Virus record (IMG/VR): IMGVR_UViG_3300030419_004471
Coordinates: 124,001-188,000 of that record
Reading direction: 5' to 3' (one strand)
Length of the DNA stretch: 64,000 nt
Shown: positions 55,965-64,000 of the stretch, piece after piece
How positions within the stretch are numbered: the first letter of the stretch is position 1
Layout of the letters: each line of letters starts with the position of its first letter
Position numbers and translations under genes: made by a program
Notes under the pieces: model-generated
Databases searched by the model: none
The model's input: the letters and a program-made list of their open reading frames with translations, nothing else
What the model was told of the DNA's origin: nothing

Positions 55965-56321
55965 TTAGTTTTTTGAATATTCCAATAAATTTACTAATCT
56001 ATTTTTTAATTGTGGCATTACTTTCAATTGTTCACCAATACTAGCTTTGTTGGATTTTTTGATTTCTTCTTTAGTTCCAGTAATTCTCCATTTTAAACTT
56101 GCAACTCTAAATAGTGGATTTCCTCTTAGTATCGCAAACCTGTCACTGGATACTTCTGAAATTGGTGATAAATTATCATTTGTTTTTTGTGCAAATCGTC
56201 TTACAATATATCCTCTATTAATATCGTATTTTGAAATTTTAGGAATATGTGGTTTTATCTCAGCTGAAAGCTTTATATTTCTTGATACAGTTAATCCTTT
56301 ATATTGTTCGTTATTATCCAT
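55965..56321 (-). CDS. hypothetical protein of the tail/baseplate module
   Basis: GYIVRRF...WRITG; coupled to the upstream hub-like gene. Confidence 0.6.
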   Translation of the reverse strand: MDNNEQYKGLTVSRNIKLSAEIKPHIPKISKYDINRGYIVRRFAQKTNDNLSPISEVSSDRFAILRGNPLFRVASLKWRITGTKEEIKKSNKASIGEQLKVMPQLKNRLVNLLEYSKN

Positions 56322-58639
56322 TATGCTTTAGGTCTAAATTGCCCCTCTATTGTTGTTTTCCAATTCATACCATCTATCGAATGTTCTACAGATGTAGTAG
56401 TAAATTCTCCGGTTCTAGTATATTTCTCAGGAATACCAGTTATTGTGAATGTATCCCCAAATGCTATACCACTATTACCGTGTATATCAAAATTATATTT
56501 TACTGTTCCCATTAACGGACCTGTTCCTTTGATTGCTTTTCCGTCTGAATCATAATTTGGATTATCTTTTGTTTGATTTTTCTTCCATAACATTTCATCA
56601 TCATATGTTGGGAACATTATTACAGAATCTAAATCTGTAGTATCTAAATCTATATGACCATCTTTTACGGATGGATATGCTCCTATCTTTTCTAAGAAAG
56701 AGTTGTACAAATCAGCTTTATCTTTTTCGGGAATATCACTTTCTACATCCTCCATTGGTTTTGTATCATCTTTATTTACTGCAGCTTTAGCATTATGTAA
56801 ATCTAATACAGAATCTCTAAATGTGGGTTGATTAAATAATGCATTGTTAGTTTCTCTCTCATCCGCATCTCCAGATATATTAGCTGCTCCACCATCGGCA
56901 GCTTTTCTATCAGCTATTATAGAACTTGCCATATCTCCAGGTAAATCTATATCTAATGTACCTCCTAAGAAAAATGATTGTTCACCATTATGTACAAATG
57001 GTGTTGGTGAAGATTCTTCGTGAGTTGTACACGCCATATCAACTACTTGTAGACATCTCTGTCCTTGTTTTAAATCCATTATAGCTTCAGGAGCAGCTGA
57101 TTCTACTATTTCAAACTTCCATAAGTTACCACAAGCTGCTGACATACCATTTAATATTTCCATTAAAACATCTCTATATGTTGTTGATTCTTTTTCTAAT
57201 ACCCCAATGATAAAATCCATATTAACATAAAGATTATCTAAATATCCCCAAGTATTTGCATCTCTAGCTATTGTTCTAAATCCATGCTCTGTAGGTTCTA
57301 ATTGTCTTGAAGCTAAAGCTGTTGGTTCTGGGAATTGTACAGCTATATTTCCTGATTCATCTCTTTGTGCGCAAGGATTCGGTGGATTTTTTTTCTGTTC
57401 TTGTGTTCCTTCACTTATTATTTCAAGAAATCCAAAATCAGGACAATTTTCATTTGGTACTAACAATACATCTTTTTTAGTTGAAAACATACTTTTAAAT
57501 CCACCACAAACTGTCCATTCTGTAAATATTTTTATTGGATAATTATTAGGTCCAACTTGGAATCCCTTTTCTAACATTATTTTATCGTTAGTATCTAATA
57601 CTTTCTTTATTACAGAAAATTTAACAAATCTTTCCGTTCCAATTAAATCCGTACCATTTGGTATTTCTAATTGTGAACCATTTAACTGAACATCATTTGT
57701 GAAAATCCACCAACCACCTTCTGATTCACCACCTAATTTATTTCTAGTTGAAGTATTGAAATTTATATAATTTTCTTCTTTACTAAGTTCACCAGCTAAA
57801 GCTTTTATTGCAGCTGTTTGTTTATGATTTGGTAATGAATTAAAGAAATATCTCCAATTTTTTTCTCCTGCTGTTAGGCTTGATGTACTTTTTTTCCCTA
57901 AGTCAGCATATTTTAAACCTGGTGTTGGTTGTTTCTCTTTAGAATCATCATCATCACCTTTATCAGATGATATAATAGGTTTTGTAGTTTGAATCATTCC
58001 CGGCATATTACCCATACCTTTGATGGTTACATCCAATTTATAAACATCACCATCACTTCCTACTTTAAATCCAGTTATAAATCCTAAAATAGCGTTATAA
58101 TCTCCTTGTGAATCTTTTCTTTTTTTCAAAAGTAAATTGAAATCCATACCCACATTTGCAATAGCTTCTGTATTTAAATCAATTAATTCATTATGAGCTC
58201 TATGTAAATCCCAACCAAACTCAACCAATATAGTATGACCTGGTTCACCAAAATATTTTTGAAGTACATCTACTTGACCACTTGTATATGCATCTATTGT
58301 GAAGTTACATTCTCTAGCTAATCCCCAATCATTATCCTTTAAAGTTAATCCACTAATTGTTGGAGATGGTCTTATTCCTCTATCTTCGCCTTGTACCGTA
58401 ACTGGCTCTCCTGCCCAATTTAATCCAACTACACCAGGAGAATCTGCAGTTCCATAAACCGAACTGGTACTACCAAATAGAGGTAAATCAGGATTTGATT
58501 GTAAAACCAATCCTTCTCCAGAATTACCAATTACTCGTATCCATGCATTTAATCTAGTTGTATAGTGTGCTTCTCTCTTTCTATAAAGATTATCTACAAC
58601 CCATTCTGGTATCGCTCTGTATGCTGGCCATTTGCTCAT
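56321..58639 (-). CDS. baseplate hub-like structural protein
   Basis: PGHTILVEFGW; C-terminal HGNSGI.FGD.F....IP...F....VEHSI....WKT; tail context. Confidence 0.6.
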   Translation of the reverse strand: MSKWPAYRAIPEWVVDNLYRKREAHYTTRLNAWIRVIGNSGEGLVLQSNPDLPLFGSTSSVYGTADSPGVVGLNWAGEPVTVQGEDRGIRPSPTISGLTLKDNDWGLARECNFTIDAYTSGQVDVLQKYFGEPGHTILVEFGWDLHRAHNELIDLNTEAIANVGMDFNLLLKKRKDSQGDYNAILGFITGFKVGSDGDVYKLDVTIKGMGNMPGMIQTTKPIISSDKGDDDDSKEKQPTPGLKYADLGKKSTSSLTAGEKNWRYFFNSLPNHKQTAAIKALAGELSKEENYINFNTSTRNKLGGESEGGWWIFTNDVQLNGSQLEIPNGTDLIGTERFVKFSVIKKVLDTNDKIMLEKGFQVGPNNYPIKIFTEWTVCGGFKSMFSTKKDVLLVPNENCPDFGFLEIISEGTQEQKKNPPNPCAQRDESGNIAVQFPEPTALASRQLEPTEHGFRTIARDANTWGYLDNLYVNMDFIIGVLEKESTTYRDVLMEILNGMSAACGNLWKFEIVESAAPEAIMDLKQGQRCLQVVDMACTTHEESSPTPFVHNGEQSFFLGGTLDIDLPGDMASSIIADRKAADGGAANISGDADERETNNALFNQPTFRDSVLDLHNAKAAVNKDDTKPMEDVESDIPEKDKADLYNSFLEKIGAYPSVKDGHIDLDTTDLDSVIMFPTYDDEMLWKKNQTKDNPNYDSDGKAIKGTGPLMGTVKYNFDIHGNSGIAFGDTFTITGIPEKYTRTGEFTTTSVEHSIDGMNWKTTIEGQFRPKA

Positions 58640-58655
58640 TTTTCATCTTTTAAGT

Positions 58656-59459
58656 TTACCAAGCTTTACAACTCCAATATCTAGCCTTATGTCTTGGGCC
58701 TGGATTATCACAATTGTGTCTTGCTCTGAATGCTTTTCTTCTTGAAGGAATATCTTTTTGAATCTGCATTGTTTTTTGACCTGCTTTTTTTGCGGAAGTT
58801 CCACCGTGTCCAAAGTTTACTTTTACTACATTTCCTTTTGGATTTTTTACATATACTTTAAATTTCTTTACATCACCTCTCATTGGTTTGTTTAATTTAA
58901 CTTTTCTTCCTTGATATTCTGCTTCATTGATTTCAGATTTTAAAGTTTTCATAAATTCTATAAATTCTTTTATATCTTGCTGATTAACAACATCATATTC
59001 ACCGATTTGTTCTTTTTTCCAACCACCACCAGCTGCTTTATATTTTTTAGCTGCCCAAGCATTTGCATAAGCTGATGGATATACATCAAACTTCTTTTTA
59101 GCTTGAGATTTATAATAAGACCATTTAGATGGATTTGTTGGTACATTTTTTTCTAAAAATAATTCTAATTTTTCTTGTATTTCTTTTTTTGTCTTTACCA
59201 TAATCGGTTTCCTTCCTTGTCCTGGTTGGTTTTTACCACCTCTACCAGCTTTGTTTTGTGCTGCTCTTTTTCTACGAGTTGCAGATTCTTTTTCTTTCTT
59301 ACTCATACTACGAGCTTTACTAGCAGGAACACATTTTGCATATCCCCTTTTGTCTCCACTTGTTCCACATTCAGGATGTTTTCCTGATTTATCTTTTTTT
59401 CCAATGTTTACCCATTTCTGTTTAAACCACTTTCTTAAATCTTCGTGTACACTATGCAT
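58656..59459 (-). CDS. multi-module basic protein (C-terminal DUF6321-like); likely head-associated
   Basis: EDLRKWF..KWV; YPSAYAN; EAEYQGRKVKLNKP...ARYWSC, with modules separated by x-x-E. Confidence 0.65.
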   Translation of the reverse strand: MHSVHEDLRKWFKQKWVNIGKKDKSGKHPECGTSGDKRGYAKCVPASKARSMSKKEKESATRRKRAAQNKAGRGGKNQPGQGRKPIMVKTKKEIQEKLELFLEKNVPTNPSKWSYYKSQAKKKFDVYPSAYANAWAAKKYKAAGGGWKKEQIGEYDVVNQQDIKEFIEFMKTLKSEINEAEYQGRKVKLNKPMRGDVKKFKVYVKNPKGNVVKVNFGHGGTSAKKAGQKTMQIQKDIPSRRKAFRARHNCDNPGPRHKARYWSCKAW

Positions 59460-59751
59460 TACTAGTCTCCTTTCTTACAATTTCTGTAAAATCTTTTGGT
59501 ATTCTTAAAATAGTACCATCTGTTAATCCTAACTTAGCATCGTGTATATTATTAGCGTTAGCTATAATCCACCAATAAGCAGGAGTTCCATAATATTGTT
59601 TTGATAATAAATCTAATCTATCACCAGTTTGTGTAGCAACATATATATCATCATTCTTTAAAGGTATTCTTTTTAACCTCTTAGATTTATATACAGTCTT
59701 TCCATCTGTACTCTTTTTTGTTATATTTTTGTGATATCTACTAATTGCCAT
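59452..59751 (-). CDS. LysM baseplate wedge protein (gp53/tail X-like)
   Basis: GDRLDLLS..YYG...WWIIA.AN...G..LRIP; late motif at 59758-59765. Confidence 0.8.
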   Translation of the reverse strand: MAISRYHKNITKKSTDGKTVYKSKRLKRIPLKNDDIYVATQTGDRLDLLSKQYYGTPAYWWIIANANNIHDAKLGLTDGTILRIPKDFTEIVRKETSNA

Positions 59752-59765
59752 TTTTATTATAAATA

Positions 59766-61460
59766 TTATCCACTTGTATTATATGTTAAAGGTGTAAACC
59801 CATATAAATTTTCTCTTCTTTCAGTATTTCTTCTTTGTTCTAAAAACTTCATTGTTATTGAAACTTCTACTAAATGTGGTAATTTGTATCCTTTTTCTAC
59901 TGTTGGTACATTTTTTACACCAGCTTTTTCAAAAAATGCAGCACTTGATTCATATTCTTTAACTTGTTCTGTAGTTCCATCTAACTGCCAATTAGAATTA
60001 TCAGGAACAGTATATTGTAATGATTCAATAAAAGCTTCTCTCTTTTTATATAAATCACCTAAAGTAAAATATAAAAGTGGTGCTCTTACTGAACCAATTG
60101 AAGATTGATAACCTGATTTAATATCTGGATTACCTAATGGATATGTTAAAGATGTTAAAAATCCAATCTTACTCCAATTATTAAGTAATTCTTTTGAATT
60201 CATTGGATATATTGTAAAATTAAAAGTAACACTTCTTTCTACACCATCATATGTGTAAAAATTAAATGGGTTACCACTAAATTTAGCTCCTGCCCAAGAT
60301 GGAGATACCGTTTCTGAAAGTCCTGTAATAGTTCCTCTGAAGTTTACAGTTTCATCAGTAACAACACTTTGAAATTTTAATGGTACAAAATCCCAGTCAT
60401 CTATTGATTTATTATTAATTTTTAAATCTTCTGAAGTATAGATTCCAGTTTGATTTATTGCATCATCTGTGTTTGTAAATCCTTTATCAGAAATTAATTT
60501 GTTTCCTAACTCATCCTTCTCAGTACTGAATTTATTTTCTTCATTAAACTTTACTGAATCAACATTTGTTTTTATATTAACACCTTCTGCTCCATCTTTT
60601 GTTACTTGTTTACCAAGAGCGTCTTTCCCAGTAACTTGTACATATCCTTTTCCAACTCTTAAAGCAGCTAATTGGGCTTCAGGTGTTTCGTATTTGATGT
60701 AAGTACTACTTTTTTCATCTATATTTAATTTATTTTCTAATGCTTTTTCTGAATATGTAGTACCTGTTACACTTTCAAAAATACCAGGTGATGGTTTTGT
60801 CTCTTTTTCCTTATATGGTTCTTTTTTACCAAATCTACTTTTTAAATTATTTTTAAAACTACTATCATTAAATAATGTATCTCTAAGTGTATCCTTTGCT
60901 TCTTTTAGTAATTTACCAGCTGCTTGTTGAGCAATTGTCTTTGGAGTTCCACCACTTAATAGTCCACCAATAAAACTTCCTTGTGCACCTCTTTTTATTT
61001 TTATTAGTCTTTCTTCATAACCTGATTGAACACCAAGCGTTGGGTCATTTAGTGTACCACCACGACCAAATTTATCACTAGCTTTTGTTACTGCATCATT
61101 AGCAAGTTTTGCTAATCCTTTTAATTCATCACCATCACCACCACCAGCTTTTTTTGTATATGAACTTGGTATAAGAGTTTGAGGTACACCTAATGTAGAG
61201 TTAACTACAGTTCTTAGATTTTTTATCGTACCACCAATTAAACCACCATCACCTTCATCGGTACGCATCTTATCCATATCAGGTGTTGAACGAAGAGCTA
61301 TACGAGTAGCTTCGTTGCCATATATTAATGGATTGTTAAGTTCTACTGCAGATTTTACTCTAACACCAGTAAGTTCTTGCTCAACACCAGTCAATCTATC
61401 TGGTTTTACTTGTTTATCTAATCCTGCTCCCCTAAATAATTCTAATATTGTTCTTCCCAT
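59766..61460 (-). CDS. baseplate/tail-tube-initiator-like protein
   Basis: FRGTITGLSE..SPSW...Y.Y.G.ERSVTFNF...P.....LGD; follows tape measure. Confidence 0.65.
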   Translation of the reverse strand: MGRTILELFRGAGLDKQVKPDRLTGVEQELTGVRVKSAVELNNPLIYGNEATRIALRSTPDMDKMRTDEGDGGLIGGTIKNLRTVVNSTLGVPQTLIPSSYTKKAGGGDGDELKGLAKLANDAVTKASDKFGRGGTLNDPTLGVQSGYEERLIKIKRGAQGSFIGGLLSGGTPKTIAQQAAGKLLKEAKDTLRDTLFNDSSFKNNLKSRFGKKEPYKEKETKPSPGIFESVTGTTYSEKALENKLNIDEKSSTYIKYETPEAQLAALRVGKGYVQVTGKDALGKQVTKDGAEGVNIKTNVDSVKFNEENKFSTEKDELGNKLISDKGFTNTDDAINQTGIYTSEDLKINNKSIDDWDFVPLKFQSVVTDETVNFRGTITGLSETVSPSWAGAKFSGNPFNFYTYDGVERSVTFNFTIYPMNSKELLNNWSKIGFLTSLTYPLGNPDIKSGYQSSIGSVRAPLLYFTLGDLYKKREAFIESLQYTVPDNSNWQLDGTTEQVKEYESSAAFFEKAGVKNVPTVEKGYKLPHLVEVSITMKFLEQRRNTERRENLYGFTPLTYNTSG

Positions 61461-63562
61461 TATTCTCGTTCTCCGTAATTGTTAGATTGGCTTCTTGATA
61501 CTACTTTAGAAACCCCGTCTGTAACTTTTTTACCATCCATATTTACAACAACCTGTAAATTTCTAATATCTTCACCTAAAGTATTTATAGCTGCTACTAC
61601 TGCTCTATTATCTCCACCACCTCCACCTCTATTACCAAATAAACCACCAAATAAACCTGGAGCTGCTACTAAATCATCATTATCCGATAATTGGAACAAT
61701 CCTCCTTCTTTAGTAGATACTTGTGTTTTACCATCAGCAGGAGATGCCATATCACCAGCTTCACCATATAGTTTACTAAATCCAGTTCCTATAATAGCGG
61801 CTGCTGTAGCAGCACCCAAAATCGGTCCTACTATTGGTATCCAAGCTAATGCACCATATGCTGCATATGCAGCCATTAATATCATAGCTGCTGCCACCAA
61901 TTTTATCATTCCCGCAAAAGGGCCTAAAGCATCTGCCCATCCTCTAATATAGTCTGCAACAGTTCCAACCATAGTAATCATCGAAGTAAAAAAACCTACT
62001 ATACCACTAACAACCCACATTACTCCTTCTAAAGCTGGCATAACACCTTCCATTATTGGTGCAAATGCCAATACTAATTGAGTACCTATTTCTGAAAATG
62101 AGTTCGCTACATTATCTAATACTGATTGCATTTCTTTTTGGTCTTTAATTTTTTGTGTTTGATTTGCTAAATCAGTTTTTGAAATATTATTTAAATCTTT
62201 ACCAGAAGCGATAAGTGCATCATAAGCAGCTTGTTGGTCTGCATTCATTTTACCAAACTTTTGCCTTACATTAAGTTGATTTTGTATTTCACTAAACTCC
62301 ATACCAGCAGCTTCAGCTAATTTCTGCTTTTGGAAGTAATTTAAATTATCTAAATCAATTGTACCTTGTATTTGGTCTAATACTGCTTGTTGTGATTTAA
62401 CTATATCACCAGTAGCTGCTAATTCTCTAGCTCTGTTAAAATTAACTGATTGTCCTAACATAGCAGATGCTTCTAATTCAGCGTTAATACTATTATTAAA
62501 ATCTAATAATCCTTCTGCTACTTTAGATGCCTGACCTATTGATGTTCCTAATCTTGCTGCTTGAACTGCTGCTTTGGTTAAATCTTGTACTGAACCTGAG
62601 AAATGCATTGCTGCTGCTTCTGAGTTTTCAGCTATATCTTTTATTACTTTTGATGGAGCTACTCCAGCAGCTGCAGCTAATTGTGTAGTAAATTCAACTT
62701 GATATTGTGCAGCTTCGGCAGATAATCCTCCTAATTGTTGGAATATAGAATTTAATTTTGCTCCATCTGCAGCTGCTACTCCGAAGTTCTTTTCCAATGC
62801 AACTGTACTTTCTAATACTTCTTTTGATGGTTTTCCTATTCCTTCAAATTCATTAATAAATGCTGCAGCTGCCTTACCCACATCTTCCATTGATGCACCT
62901 AAACCTGCCGTACCTTTTGTTACTGCAGCTATATCACCTTTTAATCCTTTAGTTTGGGAGTTTAATAAACCTGTTTCTTCTCTAACTGCCTTTGCAGCTC
63001 CTTCTAATTTTTGAAACCCAACAAAAGCTAATGCTAATGCCGCGAGTAATCCCATAGCAATAAACATAGGTCCTAATTTTGCAAGCATACCTGACATTGA
63101 TTTTAATGAAGCAGTTCCTCCTGCTACACCAGCTCGAAAAGATTTGAAGAATCCAGCCCCTCCTTTTTGTGCAGCTTGAAATGATGATGTAAATCTACTA
63201 CTGAATCTATGTGCAGCTACATCAAATACTCTACCTGCTTTTGCTGCAAATGGGTCAAATACTTTTCCTAATGATGTACCAATTACTGGAACATCTTTTA
63301 CCATATCGCCTATTTTTTCTAATCCAGCTTTGAATCCTTCTGCTGTTTCTTTTGCTTTTTTATTTACAGATGTTAATACTGCATTTTGTTGTTTAGTTGC
63401 TTTAAGAGCTGCTCTAAGGGCTTTAGCTTTTTCTATTTGATTTTTCTTAACGGCACCACTAGTTTTTTCTATAATTTTCTCACTTGCTAAAATTTCAGCA
63501 TTAAGTGAAGAAATCTGTTTTAAGTTTTCTATTTGCCCTATGTAGTCTTGTTCTCTTGCCAT
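61460..63562 (-). CDS. tail tape measure protein
   Basis: Long Ala/Gly-rich helical protein with hydrophobic stretches; C-terminal V.MDGKKV. Confidence 0.82.
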   Translation of the reverse strand: MAREQDYIGQIENLKQISSLNAEILASEKIIEKTSGAVKKNQIEKAKALRAALKATKQQNAVLTSVNKKAKETAEGFKAGLEKIGDMVKDVPVIGTSLGKVFDPFAAKAGRVFDVAAHRFSSRFTSSFQAAQKGGAGFFKSFRAGVAGGTASLKSMSGMLAKLGPMFIAMGLLAALALAFVGFQKLEGAAKAVREETGLLNSQTKGLKGDIAAVTKGTAGLGASMEDVGKAAAAFINEFEGIGKPSKEVLESTVALEKNFGVAAADGAKLNSIFQQLGGLSAEAAQYQVEFTTQLAAAAGVAPSKVIKDIAENSEAAAMHFSGSVQDLTKAAVQAARLGTSIGQASKVAEGLLDFNNSINAELEASAMLGQSVNFNRARELAATGDIVKSQQAVLDQIQGTIDLDNLNYFQKQKLAEAAGMEFSEIQNQLNVRQKFGKMNADQQAAYDALIASGKDLNNISKTDLANQTQKIKDQKEMQSVLDNVANSFSEIGTQLVLAFAPIMEGVMPALEGVMWVVSGIVGFFTSMITMVGTVADYIRGWADALGPFAGMIKLVAAAMILMAAYAAYGALAWIPIVGPILGAATAAAIIGTGFSKLYGEAGDMASPADGKTQVSTKEGGLFQLSDNDDLVAAPGLFGGLFGNRGGGGGDNRAVVAAINTLGEDIRNLQVVVNMDGKKVTDGVSKVVSRSQSNNYGERE

Positions 63563-63575
63563 AGTTAGCTATTAC

Positions 63576-63836
63576 TTATTTTATTCCAAATTGTTTCATA
63601 GCTTTTGCTAACGCTGGAGATGGTTTTAAACCTTTGGCTTTCATCTTAGCGGTTGCTTTTTTTAAATCATCTAAAGCTTTATCACCATCTGCTAAAGCTT
63701 GTTGAAGTGATTTATCTTTAGCCAATACTTTTTGAATTTTTCTTTTGAAAAAATTAACTAAAAATCCTTCTCTTTTTAGATTGTGTTTTTTAACAATATT
63801 AGAGAATAGTATCTTATCGTTTTCGTTTATTTTCAT
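63576..63836 (-). CDS. hypothetical protein
   Basis: AGGAG RBS; late motif at 63870-63877. Confidence 0.65.
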   Translation of the reverse strand: MKINENDKILFSNIVKKHNLKREGFLVNFFKRKIQKVLAKDKSLQQALADGDKALDDLKKATAKMKAKGLKPSPALAKAMKQFGIK

Positions 63837-63883
63837 AGTTTTTCTCCTTTGTGGGTATTTTTATACAACTATAAATATAAAGT

Positions 63884-63913
63884 AAAAAAAAAGTGAGGAA
63901 TTATCTCCTCACT
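63884..63913 (-). terminator. intrinsic terminator
   Basis: Minus strand AGTGAGGA-GATAAT-TCCTCACT followed by a T-run. Confidence 0.8.
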
Positions 63914-64000
63914 CTTATGTTTGGTTTTCTGACATTTGGTGATGATTTTTTCATCGCCTTATCATGCTCTTCTTTCTCTTTTTTCTTTGCCTCTCCAAGT
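63901..64000 (-). CDS. 3' end of an upstream gene (possibly tail assembly chaperone)
   Basis: ...LGEAKKKEKEEHDKAMKKSSPNVRKPNIRVRR*; position before the tape measure gene. Confidence 0.5.
   Translation of the reverse strand, partial: LGEAKKKEKEEHDKAMKKSSPNVRKPNIRVRR

Noticed and set aside
607-61952. All + strand ORFs in the track (e.g. 3642-3941, 37946-38281, 47522-47938, 59731-60108, 61479-61952)
   Set aside because: Antisense shadows of well-supported minus-strand genes; low-complexity mirror translations with no motifs
1-64000. Stop-codon reassignment; tRNA or rRNA genes; cellular or NCLDV origin
   Set aside because: Genes are full length under code 11 with TAA, TAG and TGA all used as stops; no intergenic space with a cloverleaf was seen; T4-like replisome, tail genes and bacterial promoters indicate a tailed phage

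Overview
A 64-kb, AT-rich, gene-dense segment of a large T4-like (myovirus) phage genome. Every credible gene is on the minus strand and uses the standard code. The host is most likely Bacteroidota (Flavobacteria-like), judged from TAnnTTTG/TTG(G) host promoters, an Hc1 'histone H1' protein, DUF2452/DUF6580 genes and Bacteroidota-style lipoproteins. Reading 64 kb to 1: tail/baseplate genes (tape measure, tube/baseplate, LysM, hub); accessory genes (PhyH, PIG-L, UvsE, an atypical PolA, HNH, radical SAM, secreted nuclease); a T4-like replisome (PolB, gp32, RecA/UvsX, RNase H, clamp, clamp loaders, helicase) interleaved with likely DNA-modification genes (PvuII-like nuclease, GT-B, DUF1599, DUF4338/DruA-like, two Mom-like GNATs); nrdB/nrdA/trx; a ~16-kb glycan-biosynthesis island containing groES; and an envelope/lysis/auxiliary region (OM beta-barrel cassette, Kazal lipoprotein, GAF holin-like protein, L,D-transpeptidase-like enzyme, CysC). 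Top leads: (1) an unannotated Hc1 histone-H1-like gene clustered with a SET-domain and a GAMT/Rmt2-like methyltransferase in the RNR locus; (2) a probable overprinted membrane protein inside the PolB active-site region, supported by skewed synonymous codons; (3) a replication-coupled, multi-enzyme DNA modification/restriction set; (4) a minimal PolA with a changed steric gate; (5) a late-promoter motif that is the reverse complement of T4's. All family assignments come from reading motifs by eye; no database search was run.
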